DNA of 64,000 nucleotides from Candidatus Hodarchaeota archaeon (GTDB lineage Archaea; Asgardarchaeota; Lokiarchaeia; Sigyniarchaeales; SOKP01): positions 1 through 64,000 of the forward strand of contig JBHLJY010000007.1 of the NCBI GenBank assembly GCA_048887225.1. Reading direction: 5' to 3'. Positions 29,444-39,510 of the stretch are shown here, in pieces (the stretch's first letter is position 1; every line of letters begins with the position of its first letter). The translations under genes and the position numbers were made by a program. The notes below the pieces were generated by a model that had not been told where the DNA came from, searched no databases, and saw nothing but the letters and a program-made list of their open reading frames with translations.

Positions 29444-30115
29444 TTGAAACTGAAAAAGAGTTTTTTAATCTTATTGTTATTAATTTCGTTAATTAACAGT
29501 TTTTTATGGATGTCAGTGGAAGTTAAAGCCCAGAAATACGATTTTGAGCTCGATGAGGATGATGAGTTTATATGGGAAGTAACAGAAGTAAACCCCCATA
29601 AATTCGAAAAAGTTTTTGGGTTTGAACCTAATTTTGAAAAGAACGATGAGACTAAAAAAACTATAAAAAGAATAGATGATACTGGAGATGGATGGTCCCT
29701 CACTATAGAGTTTTGGGATTTTAAAATTGACAAAGACGATAATGGAACAATAATTTACGAGGTCGTTCCTGATAGTCCTGGAGATTATGACGAAAATTTT
29801 TTTATTCCAACCCCAGTAAATGATTTTCTAGCAGAAGCTGGTGAGGATTTGGGCTCTGAATATACTGTGTCGGGTGATACTATTGACCGTAAAGAAGAAG
29901 ATTATACAATGACTAAAAAATATGACCAGAGAGGAGTTTTACTAAGTGAAGAGTACGTTGACGACGATGGAATTGTACTGGTTAAAGTAGAGGGAACATT
30001 CCGCGTCATACCATCAGGAAAAATTGAGTTGATTTTAGGATTTATAGCGTTAGCAATAGTTGCCATAGTTTTTGTTATAATAAAAAAGAAAAAACTTCTT
30101 ATTAGAAACCCTTAA
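29444..30115 (+). CDS. Acidic ectodomain protein with signal peptide and C-terminal TM/Lys anchor; paralog of 5157..5999
   Basis: Signal ending EVKA; FIPTPVNDFL...YDQRGVL; VIPSG then TM then KKKK. Confidence 0.7.
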   Translation: MKLKKSFLILLLLISLINSFLWMSVEVKAQKYDFELDEDDEFIWEVTEVNPHKFEKVFGFEPNFEKNDETKKTIKRIDDTGDGWSLTIEFWDFKIDKDDNGTIIYEVVPDSPGDYDENFFIPTPVNDFLAEAGEDLGSEYTVSGDTIDRKEEDYTMTKKYDQRGVLLSEEYVDDDGIVLVKVEGTFRVIPSGKIELILGFIALAIVAIVFVIIKKKKLLIRNP

Positions 30116-30244
30116 CTATCTTACATAAATATGTATTATCTTAAGGGAAATTTGACATAAATATGTCATTTCAAAAAAAATATTTAACCAAGATAAACAT
30201 TTTATAATATATTTAAATTAAGAGTATTAATTTAAGTCATAAAA

Positions 30245-31954
30245 ATGGAAGACTTTAGACTTAAAAGATTAGAAAAATTCTCAGGACGGGAAGGACCACT
30301 CGTATTTATCATCATGGATGGGATTGGTCTAGGAGGAAATGATAATAACAATGCTTTATATTTAGCAAATACACCTTTTTTGGACAAATTACAAAGAGAA
30401 TGCCCCAAAAAGAAGTTATATACAACCTTAAAGGCTCATGGTACAGCAGTAGGTTTGCCCTCTGACGAAGAAATGGGAAACTCAGAAGTTGGCCACAATG
30501 CATTCGGGGCGGGAAGTGTTCCAAAACAGAGAGCAACTTTGGCAAAGGAAGCCATAGAAACGAAATCGTTATTCTACAGTAAAAAATGGATTGATTTTAC
30601 GAATAATATAAAAAATAACAATAAAAAACTCCATTTTATTGGGTTATTATCAGATGGATATGTCCATAGCCATATTACTCATTTAATAGGATTATTATAT
30701 GGATCAAAAGATTCTGGTATTAAACATGTTCGGTTACATCCGTTATTAGACGGAAGAGACGTACCCCCTCAATCTTCTCTTGAATATATTGAAGAATTAC
30801 AAGGAGAATTGAGAAAAATTAACGGCGCAGGAGACTATGATTATCGTATTGCTTCTGGTGGTGGTAGAATGCGGGTTACAATGGATAGATATAATTCGGA
30901 TTGGGATGTTGTAAGAAGAGGTTGGGATGCACATGTCTGTGGGATTCCCGAAAAATTTCCTAGTTATAAAGGCTTTTTCAAATCTGCTGAGGAAGCAATA
31001 AATAAGGCAAGAGAACTTGATCCCGATATTAGCGATCAATATTTGCCATCTTTCGTGGTTATAGATGAATATAAAACTCCTATTGGAAAAATGGATAATG
31101 GCGATGGAGCGATTTATTTTAATTTTAGAGGAGATAGAGCCATCCAGATTTCAAGAGCTTTTGATGAGGAGAATTTCAGTGAATTTAAGAAGATATGTAA
31201 TCCAAAAGTAAAATATTATGGTTTATTACAATATGATGAGAAATTAAGCATCCCTAACAATTATTTTATAGGACCTCCAAGGATTGATAATACAATTGTA
31301 GACTATATGCACGCTAATAATATTAATCAATTTGCAATATCTGAAACTCATAAAATTGGACATTTAACTTATTTCTGGTGTGGTAACCGAGATCTGAAAA
31401 TTACTAGTGAAAAAGTTAAAGATAACAAATATGAATTAAATATTTCAAGATCAAGCCTAAATGAGAATTATATTGAAGTTGTTTCAGAACGATCAGAATT
31501 GATAAAAGAACATCCCAGGATGCAAGCTTATGAGATAAGAGATGAATTAAATAAAGCAATAATTTCTGGAAAATACAAATTCTTGCGAGTAAATTTTGCT
31601 AATGGAGACATGGTAGGACACACTGGAAGCCTAAGTGCTGGGATGATTGCAGCTGAAACAGTTGATGAATGCGTAAAAGAAATTGTTGATGTAGTAAATA
31701 GTTTTGAGGGAATTACAATTATTACTGCGGATCATGGAAATCTTGAATATATGGCCGGAGACTTCGAAACTGCCCATACACTAAATCCAGTTATGTTTGC
31801 AATTGTAGACTCCGGTTATAATAATGAGTATATTATAAACGAAGATATTGAGGAACCTGCCTTAGGCAATGTAGCTGCGACAATATTGAATTTGTTAGGA
31901 TATAAAAAACCAGAAAAATATTTAGATTCATTGATAAAATTCGTTAATATATAA
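30245..31954 (+). CDS. gpmI: 2,3-bisphosphoglycerate-independent phosphoglycerate mutase
   Basis: IIMDGIG, MGNSEVGH, LSDGYVHSH, DGRDV, FNFRGDRA, NGDMVGHTG, TADHGN, HTLNPV. Confidence 0.95.
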   Translation: MEDFRLKRLEKFSGREGPLVFIIMDGIGLGGNDNNNALYLANTPFLDKLQRECPKKKLYTTLKAHGTAVGLPSDEEMGNSEVGHNAFGAGSVPKQRATLAKEAIETKSLFYSKKWIDFTNNIKNNNKKLHFIGLLSDGYVHSHITHLIGLLYGSKDSGIKHVRLHPLLDGRDVPPQSSLEYIEELQGELRKINGAGDYDYRIASGGGRMRVTMDRYNSDWDVVRRGWDAHVCGIPEKFPSYKGFFKSAEEAINKARELDPDISDQYLPSFVVIDEYKTPIGKMDNGDGAIYFNFRGDRAIQISRAFDEENFSEFKKICNPKVKYYGLLQYDEKLSIPNNYFIGPPRIDNTIVDYMHANNINQFAISETHKIGHLTYFWCGNRDLKITSEKVKDNKYELNISRSSLNENYIEVVSERSELIKEHPRMQAYEIRDELNKAIISGKYKFLRVNFANGDMVGHTGSLSAGMIAAETVDECVKEIVDVVNSFEGITIITADHGNLEYMAGDFETAHTLNPVMFAIVDSGYNNEYIINEDIEEPALGNVAATILNLLGYKKPEKYLDSLIKFVNI

Positions 31955-31968
31955 ATTTTAAGGCGGTA

Positions 31969-33354
31969 TTATTTTACTTCATTAAAGATTTCCAGCATTT
32001 CTTTTACACTATAATCTCCACATAAGGGTCCGAATGACGCCACAGGTTCGTAACCACCATATTCTGCGTATTCTAAAAGAGGAAAGAGATAAGCAATCCA
32101 ATCGTTGGCGTTTTGAAAAATAAAAGAATTACTCTTTCCTGTTGGAGATTTTCTTAACAGCGATTTACTAAAGTCTTCGAATAATTCACCAGGTACTGTT
32201 AATATACTTAGTTCTTTCGATTTTGATTTTGAATTGACTTCAATTTTGATATATTGTAAAACGGAATGACAATATATTTTTAATCTTCGACGTCTAATTG
32301 TAAAAGAAGGAAAGTTGGCTTGCTCAATTAGAATTTTAGCTATTGGTACTATTAAATATTTTTTTAAGGAGTAATATAGTTTATTTGTAAACCAAGTATT
32401 TGAAAAATATTTAAGATCTTTCAATGGGACCCTTAAATTCCTTAAATAAGAAAAAAACTTTAATTCTTCAAAATATTCATTGTCTTCAATGGATTCTGCG
32501 AGTTTTAAAGCTTCTTCGGCTATGATATATCCTATTTTTTTTGTATGTGTGTAAGTGCCTAATTGATCATATATAAGCTTTTTATTTAAATGCTCATAGT
32601 CAGCACTACAAGTCGTAATAGGATTTAGATCTCCACTTGCGCCATTAAAATAAATACTTTTTATGTTGTTATTAGTTAATTCATTAATTCTATAAATTAT
32701 TCGGCCAGGATAATCTGATGAGATTTTATTGTTCATAAAAGATAGGGTTGTTGGATGACAAGCGTAATTAATAATAAATCCAATAAGGTTATTATCATTT
32801 AAACTTCGAAATGTAATTACTCCCAAATCTGGTTTTGATCTTTTCGTTGGATGCCTTCGATTTATAACGATATTTGGATTAAAGCTTTTCTTAATCCATG
32901 CTATTTTACAAGGTGTTAATCCATTAAATAACTTCTTAACCATTTTAAGAATTTGATACACAAACCAGACAATATATTTGTCGTTTCTATTCACGCCAAA
33001 CATTATCCCTTTTACTACATTAAAAAATCCCCCTAGCCAATAAAATTCTCCCGTAAGATCTGGAGCTGAATGTGTATGGGTAGAATGAATCAGGATTTGA
33101 GATGGATCTATAAAAGAAATTTCGTCTCTTATTTTTCTCTTAATGTAATTTGCGATGCTTAGTGGTACTTTTAACAAATCTAAAGAAATCAATAATAAAT
33201 TGTTATTCCTATTAGTCGCTTCAATTAAAACTCCATGAGCATAAATATCATCTAATTTACCTAAGCAAGGATCTGGTCGGGTATAACCCGCCATTGCCAT
33301 GCCAATATAGTTCTTTGGTGTAATTTTGATTCTACTAAAAGCTACTCTCATCAA
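31969..33354 (-). CDS. Neutral/alkaline ceramidase-like hydrolase
   Basis: ITP...MAGY, STHTHSAP, NRR, NYACHPT, SSDYPG, GASGDLNP, VPGELF, GGYE. Confidence 0.8.
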   Translation of the reverse strand: MMRVAFSRIKITPKNYIGMAMAGYTRPDPCLGKLDDIYAHGVLIEATNRNNNLLLISLDLLKVPLSIANYIKRKIRDEISFIDPSQILIHSTHTHSAPDLTGEFYWLGGFFNVVKGIMFGVNRNDKYIVWFVYQILKMVKKLFNGLTPCKIAWIKKSFNPNIVINRRHPTKRSKPDLGVITFRSLNDNNLIGFIINYACHPTTLSFMNNKISSDYPGRIIYRINELTNNNIKSIYFNGASGDLNPITTCSADYEHLNKKLIYDQLGTYTHTKKIGYIIAEEALKLAESIEDNEYFEELKFFSYLRNLRVPLKDLKYFSNTWFTNKLYYSLKKYLIVPIAKILIEQANFPSFTIRRRRLKIYCHSVLQYIKIEVNSKSKSKELSILTVPGELFEDFSKSLLRKSPTGKSNSFIFQNANDWIAYLFPLLEYAEYGGYEPVASFGPLCGDYSVKEMLEIFNEVK

Positions 33355-33430
33355 TTTAAATAAACAGTAGTAAATTTTTAAATCTTTGATATAAAGAACA
33401 AAAAAACTGATAATTTTTTTTTTCTACTTA

Positions 33431-33676
33431 TTATCTTTTAGGATGACCACGACGGACTATCAAATAAACAATAAATCCTATTATGGGGGTCAGGATAAGA
33501 ATTATTAACCATAGTTCTCCATTTAAATCCCTTTTAACAGCGTCTTTGTAAACGTATTGAAGTATATAAATATACAGTATAAACAACGCAACAGCAACAA
33601 CGATAATGATAGCAATAAAAACAGGCCCTAATTCAGCCGCCATTTCTGCCCGATCGCTTCTATACATAAGAACCAT
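33431..33676 (-). CDS. Small two-TM membrane protein (PLDc N-terminal-like)
   Basis: VYKDAVKR...LWLIILILTPIIGFIVYLIVR; Shine-Dalgarno AGGAGG upstream. Confidence 0.75.
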   Translation of the reverse strand: MVLMYRSDRAEMAAELGPVFIAIIIVVAVALFILYIYILQYVYKDAVKRDLNGELWLIILILTPIIGFIVYLIVRRGHPKR

Positions 33677-33826
33677 TTTAAATTCCTCCTAATTTTTTTT
33701 TAATTTATAATTTAGTTTTATAATTGAGTAATTATGATCTTTTCCATTTATAGTTTATATAGTCCATTTTTTATAAAAAAATAGATGTCTTTAAGATAGT
33801 CGAGAGTCATACTCTTTTCCATTATA

Positions 33827-34570
33827 TTATTCAATCATTTTATTTAGCCAATTAGAATCTTCTTTTAGTTGTTCATAAACATTTATATCACCAAAATCCC
33901 CTCTAACCTGATTTTTTTCCATTTTCAATACTCTGACTTTCCAATTTCTTTCTTTAATACCAACACATATAGCTTCAGGGATTTCTATTTCGCCTCTTTC
34001 AGAGGGTTTTACCTTTTTTAATACTTCAAAAATCTCTTTAGAAAAAATAAACACGCCACAGTTATTAAGATTTGAAATGGACCTGCCGATAGGTGGTTTT
34101 TCGATAATGTCACAACAGAAATCCCCTACACAATAAACAGCCGCACCTTTAAAAGGATCATCCAGATAATTTGCAACAAGTATAAAATCATGCTTTTCGT
34201 GCTTATATATATCATACACTTTCTTGTAGACGCTATATGGTACAAGTATATCACCCCAAGTTAAAAAGAAGTGGGATGTGTTAATTAAATCTTCGCACAA
34301 TAACAACGCGCCTCCTGTACCATTTAAAATATTTTGATTAATATATTCAATATTTACATCCCATTTAGAGCCATCTTGAAAATAATTAATAACTTGCTCT
34401 TTAAGATAACCAACAACAATAATAAAATCATTAAAACCAGCAGCTTTAATGCCATTTAAAATATATTCTAATAAAGGCTTTCCTTGCAGGGGAATCATAG
34501 TCTTTTGGTAAATTTCGGTATAAGGTTTCATACGATTTCCAATTCCAGCACATAAAATAACAGCTTTCAA
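33827..34570 (-). CDS. NDP-sugar pyrophosphorylase family nucleotidyltransferase (short form)
   Basis: KAVILCAGIGNRMKP, GTGGAL, WGD, IIEKP, SERGEIEI; start overlaps the stop of the kinase gene. Confidence 0.88.
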   Translation of the reverse strand: MKAVILCAGIGNRMKPYTEIYQKTMIPLQGKPLLEYILNGIKAAGFNDFIIVVGYLKEQVINYFQDGSKWDVNIEYINQNILNGTGGALLLCEDLINTSHFFLTWGDILVPYSVYKKVYDIYKHEKHDFILVANYLDDPFKGAAVYCVGDFCCDIIEKPPIGRSISNLNNCGVFIFSKEIFEVLKKVKPSERGEIEIPEAICVGIKERNWKVRVLKMEKNQVRGDFGDINVYEQLKEDSNWLNKMIE

Positions 34571-35661
34571 TATTTTTCAACTCCATTACTTGCTTTTATA
34601 ATATAAGCTATCCCCTCGGCTTCTTCAATTGCGTTTTTGAGAGGAATTTCATTTCCTGGGAGAGAGAGCGCAAACATAGTACCTCCAAATCCAGATCCGT
34701 TAATTTTTGCTCCCAAAGCGCCTGATTCTAAGCATTTTTTTACCATAAGTTCTATTTTTTCAGTATAAATTCCAATATTATTTTTTAATTGAAAGTGGTG
34801 CATATTCAATAGGTTGCCTAATTGTTGATAAAAATCTTTTACTTTAGTATCTTCGCATAGATAATCTTTAAAAATCAATTTTTTTGCTTTTACAGTTATA
34901 TCTCTATTTATAAGGTTTCCCACGACTTTTTTTTGGTATTTTTTTTCAAGATTAGATAAAAATGGTTTGACCTCTTCTAAAGATGTTTTATACTGATCAA
35001 ATGTAGGTAGAATTTCTTTTAAAGTTTTGAAGGCATTAAGTGCCAAATTTTTAACTTTCATAAGATTTTCTACTGTATCTTTCTTTTCTAACGAATTACC
35101 TAACACAAAACCATCAATTTTCTCTTTAATAGATACAATATTTGGTCTAGGAAATTTAGGCTCCAGATAAACTAAATTCCCATAAATTGAGCAATAATGG
35201 TCCATCATTCCTCCAGCTTCGTTAAATTCTTTTACTTCAGTATTGTAGCCTTCAATAGCTAATTTGGATTTTTTATTAATCGTTACACCACTAATTTGGT
35301 TAAGAAAATATAGCCAAGCAATTACTAAAGCAGAAGAACTGGCAACCCCAGCGTTAATTGGTATATCTCCTGTTATTTTTATTTTATATCCTTTATTAAA
35401 TTTAATTCCTTTTCTTAAAAACAGATTATATCCACTTTTCAAATAATCTCTTTTTGAATCGTATTCTAGTTCTCTATTATTTAATGAGATTTCTAAAGTT
35501 TCATCTAAATCGGGAAGCTCTATAATAAATTGTGTACTCGATATTCTTTCTGCTTCTAAATAAATATATCTTGATATAGCCATTGCTATTACGGGAAGAT
35601 TTAAATAATCCTGATGTTCTCCAAATAAACAAATTCGTCCAGGAGACTGAATTTTGATCAT
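34567..35661 (-). CDS. Galactokinase-like GHMP sugar kinase
   Basis: SPGRICLFGEHQDY, IPINAGVASSSA, GGMMDH, GAKINGSGFGG. Confidence 0.88.
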   Translation of the reverse strand: MIKIQSPGRICLFGEHQDYLNLPVIAMAISRYIYLEAERISSTQFIIELPDLDETLEISLNNRELEYDSKRDYLKSGYNLFLRKGIKFNKGYKIKITGDIPINAGVASSSALVIAWLYFLNQISGVTINKKSKLAIEGYNTEVKEFNEAGGMMDHYCSIYGNLVYLEPKFPRPNIVSIKEKIDGFVLGNSLEKKDTVENLMKVKNLALNAFKTLKEILPTFDQYKTSLEEVKPFLSNLEKKYQKKVVGNLINRDITVKAKKLIFKDYLCEDTKVKDFYQQLGNLLNMHHFQLKNNIGIYTEKIELMVKKCLESGALGAKINGSGFGGTMFALSLPGNEIPLKNAIEEAEGIAYIIKASNGVEKY

Positions 35662-36064
35662 TTTATTAAATTCTTTGATTCAACCAATATAGATATCCAA
35701 TATAATAATTATATTACTCTATCAAATTAAGATATTATTCCGATTTTATTTTTTTTCATAAGAAGTTCATATATTTGTTCTAAGATATAGGATTTTTTAA
35801 TGTTAAAAAAAAAGTTTTTCTTATGCTTAAGAATTATTTAGAAAAAGTACTATAGCTCATAATTTTCAAGTTCATAAAGCCATTGAAAACATAACTTAAA
35901 TCCCGATAAATTTATAAATAAATTTGGTTCTATTTTATTTATCTAAAATTATAGATTCTTGAATAATTATAGAAAAGGAATAAATAAATTAAGAATATAT
36001 TGATTCTCATTTTTTAATGAGATAGCTGTTATTTCTTATAATTTTAAAAAATAAATGATTTAAC

Positions 36065-37966
36065 TTGAATGATATAGAAACCAAGCTTAAGAAATTAAAT
36101 CAAAAATTAAAGGAATCCGAAGAAAAATATAAGAATTTAGTTGAAAAATCAGGACTGAGCATAATTATTTTTGATAAAGATGGAAAATCTCTGTTAGTAA
36201 ATAAATTAACTGCAGATAATTTAGGTAAAAAGCCAGAAGATTTAATTGGAAAATCTATATTTGAATTTCTTCCAAAAGATAAAGCAAAAAAATATTTAAA
36301 AATGATTAGAGATGTCATTGAGTCTAGAAAAGCGATTACAACTGAGGACATATTTAAATTACCAGACGGTATTAGAACTTTTTTTATAAATATACAACCA
36401 ATCTTCGATATAAATGGTAATGTTACAAGTACTCAGAATATTTCTATAGAGATTACCAAGCGCAAGAAAATCGAACAGAAATTAAAAGAATCTGAAACAA
36501 TATTCAGAGCTATTGCTGACCAATCTTTAATAGCTTTATGTATTATACAAAATAATTTAATAAAATATTGTAATCAACGATTGGGTGATATAACTGGATA
36601 TAATATCGAAGAAATGATGAATTGGACACCTGAAGAATTAATTAAATCAATTCTTCCAGCCTATCGTGACTTTGTTATAGAACAAATGAAAAAAAGACAA
36701 GAGGGTTCAGATGATGCGATAGATCAATACGAACTTCAATTCTTTAGAAAAAATGGTGAAAAAATTTGGATTGAGATTATTTCAAAGGGAATTAATTATA
36801 AAGGTGCACCTGCTGATTTAGGTATAATCCTTGATATTACCGAGCGCAAGAGAATCGAACAGATATTAAAAGATTCTGAAAAAAAATATAAAATTGAGCG
36901 GGATAATCTAATTAATATTTTAAATTCTATGGAAGATGGGGTTTACATCATCGACCAAAAACATAACCTTGAATATGCTAATCCAATACTTATAAAAGAT
37001 TTTGGTCCATTCGAAGGCAAGAAATGTTATTATTATTTTCATGGTCGTAAAGAAGTATGTCCTTTATGTAAAAATAAAGAGGTTTTTACTGGAAAAACAA
37101 TTAAATGGGAGTGGTTTTCCTCTGAATATCAAAAAACTTATGACCTAGTTGAAACTCCTGTAAAAAATCCTGATGGTAGCCAATCAAAATTAGTAATTTT
37201 TCACGATATAACTGAACGTAAAAAGATTGAACAAGAATTAATAAAACAAAATATTGAATTAACAAAATTAGATAGAGCTAAAAATAATTTTATAACAATG
37301 GCTACTCACGAATTAAAGACCCCTCTAATTTCTATTGCTGGATATACAGAGTACATTCTTACTAAGCATAAAGAAAATTTATCTATTGACATTAAAAATG
37401 ATTTATTGATCGTGCAAAGAAACATTGATCGTTTGCAGAATTTGATCAACCAACTATTAGATGTTATAAAAATGGAATCTGATAAAATGGAATTAAATTT
37501 AGAATTAATTAATATAACTGATATCATGTATAGATGTTTAAATGAATTGAGTTATTTAATTAAAGAAAAAGATCATGAAATGATTTTAAATATAGATAAT
37601 GAGATATTTTTAAACATTGATCCTGATCGAATTTTTCAAGTCTTTTCCAATCTAATTTCTAATGCGGCTAAATTTACTCCAAAAGGAGGCAGAATTGAAA
37701 TTTCTGCCAAAAAAGAGGACTCTCGATATTTGTTTGAGGTTAAGGATAATGGTATTGGATTATCCAAAAATGAACTTAAATGTGTGTTTGAAAAATTTGA
37801 AACCGTTAAACAAGATAAAAACGAAAATTTTCCCACAGGTACTGGACTTGGATTATACCTATCTAAAGGACTCGTAAAAGCCCATGGAGGAAAAATGTGG
37901 GGCACTTCAGAAGGTAGAAATAAGGGTTCTACATTTTACTTTTCTCTGCCTATCATTAAGAAATAG
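36065..37966 (+). CDS. Cytoplasmic PAS-PAS-PAS sensor histidine kinase
   Basis: Three PAS/PAC units ending (E/D)IT(K/E)RK; H-box ATHELKTPL; NLISNAAKFT; VKDNGIG; GTGLGL; no TM segments. Confidence 0.93.
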   Translation: MNDIETKLKKLNQKLKESEEKYKNLVEKSGLSIIIFDKDGKSLLVNKLTADNLGKKPEDLIGKSIFEFLPKDKAKKYLKMIRDVIESRKAITTEDIFKLPDGIRTFFINIQPIFDINGNVTSTQNISIEITKRKKIEQKLKESETIFRAIADQSLIALCIIQNNLIKYCNQRLGDITGYNIEEMMNWTPEELIKSILPAYRDFVIEQMKKRQEGSDDAIDQYELQFFRKNGEKIWIEIISKGINYKGAPADLGIILDITERKRIEQILKDSEKKYKIERDNLINILNSMEDGVYIIDQKHNLEYANPILIKDFGPFEGKKCYYYFHGRKEVCPLCKNKEVFTGKTIKWEWFSSEYQKTYDLVETPVKNPDGSQSKLVIFHDITERKKIEQELIKQNIELTKLDRAKNNFITMATHELKTPLISIAGYTEYILTKHKENLSIDIKNDLLIVQRNIDRLQNLINQLLDVIKMESDKMELNLELINITDIMYRCLNELSYLIKEKDHEMILNIDNEIFLNIDPDRIFQVFSNLISNAAKFTPKGGRIEISAKKEDSRYLFEVKDNGIGLSKNELKCVFEKFETVKQDKNENFPTGTGLGLYLSKGLVKAHGGKMWGTSEGRNKGSTFYFSLPIIKK

Positions 37967-38303
37967 TTTTAAATAAGACTTGTTTCTATAAAAATTATAA
38001 TACTTTTTCGATAGATTTCCTAGGCATTGAAAGTATTTACTTTCTGAAAAGCAGGAAAATATATATTTAGTTCAAGATATAAGATTCTCTAAGTTTAACC
38101 ATTCAAAAAAGCCAAAAAAAAGATTAATTTTAACCTTAGTGCTTATAAAAAACAATTTTAATTTTTTTTGTGTAAAGAAAATGCTTACATTTTCTCAATA
38201 TTATTCCGATATTACACTTGTTTTTTTTTTATATATATTTAGATAATATTGATTTTAATAGAATTTAAATGATTTTAGGATTAAGTCCTGATCTTTCAAA
38301 ATC

Positions 38304-39083
38304 ATGATAAGAGATATAGTAATTATAAAGGATGGAATGCCTTTATTATCAAAAAATTTTTCTAATTCTCAAGAGAGCATTTTTGCTCAAAAAGATGATC
38401 TTATTATGATATCGGGGTTTTTCTCGGCATTGAATTCTTTTTCAGATCAATTTGATGATTTAGGTTCGATTAGCGAATTAAAATTTGATTCTAAAAATAA
38501 CAACTTGAAATTGTCTTTTTTAAAAGATAAAAGCATACCAAATTTGATTTATTTGGCGAGTTTTGACGAAGAATCTAAGGGAGTAAATGTGCATCGTTAT
38601 TTAAGAAAAATGTCAAATACTTTTTTAAGAAAATATAACATCGATCAAATAACAAAATGGCGTGGAAGAGCTGACACATTTAAATCATTTGAAGATATTA
38701 TTAATCAATACGTTGATGACGAGAAAAAAGAAACAGAAGTAGAGTTTAAAGAAAAGGTGGTTAATCTTTTTAATTCTGTAAAAGAAAAAATTGACGAAGA
38801 AACTGTTATTTCTGAGTCTAAAAATTCACCAAATCTAAAAATTGAAAAAAATAAAGAAGAATTAGTTCCAGATTTTTTTAAATTTATTCCTTTTTTGAGA
38901 GTTACAAAACAAATTAATCCGAAATATTATCTAACGGGTGAAATTTCTCACAAAGTTTATAATCATATCGATGGGGAAAAACCAATTATACAGATTGCTA
39001 AAGAATTAGATGTGACTCCTGAAAATGTTCACAACATTTGTAAAAATTTAATTAAATTGGGATTTATTTCTATTAAATATTGA
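38304..39083 (+). CDS. Longin/roadblock-like N-terminal domain fused to a C-terminal winged helix
   Basis: IVIIKDGMPLLSKNF...LIMISGFFSALNSFS (longin-like); IDGEKPIIQIAKELDVTPENVHNICKNLIKLGFI (wHTH). Confidence 0.65.
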   Translation: MIRDIVIIKDGMPLLSKNFSNSQESIFAQKDDLIMISGFFSALNSFSDQFDDLGSISELKFDSKNNNLKLSFLKDKSIPNLIYLASFDEESKGVNVHRYLRKMSNTFLRKYNIDQITKWRGRADTFKSFEDIINQYVDDEKKETEVEFKEKVVNLFNSVKEKIDEETVISESKNSPNLKIEKNKEELVPDFFKFIPFLRVTKQINPKYYLTGEISHKVYNHIDGEKPIIQIAKELDVTPENVHNICKNLIKLGFISIKY

Positions 39084-39091
39084 AGAGGAAG

Positions 39092-39397
39092 TTATTTGTG
39101 CTTTCTTCTTTCTTGTTGTTTCTTTCTTCTTTTTTCTTTTTCTTGGATTTCTTCTTCTAATTCCATTAATCCTAATTCATCCTTTCCAGTAAATTTAAAT
39201 TGTCCAGCAATTTTGCTTTCTTCTTTTTCACCAGATTTAGAGATCTTTTCAAAAGATAAAATAATTGGTTGTCCTTGATTTAATGCTAAATTTACAAAAT
39301 TTATAAAACCCAAATGTTTACTAGGAGCTATATTGAACTTCATACATACTTCATTGTTTTTCTTCGTTCTTGTTTTTAAGACCAAACGCAATCTCAT
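39092..39397 (-). CDS. Hypothetical protein
   Basis: 101-aa ORF filling the gap between convergent genes; charged C-terminal helix. Confidence 0.7.
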   Translation of the reverse strand: MRLRLVLKTRTKKNNEVCMKFNIAPSKHLGFINFVNLALNQGQPIILSFEKISKSGEKEESKIAGQFKFTGKDELGLMELEEEIQEKEKRRKKQQERRKHK

Positions 39398-39510
39398 GGA
39401 AAATTTTCTTAGATATTTGTTTTAACTATTTAATTAAAAGATTCAAAATAAAAAAATTATATTATAATTATAATTTACACTATATTATAATTTATATCAT
39501 ATAAGCAATC

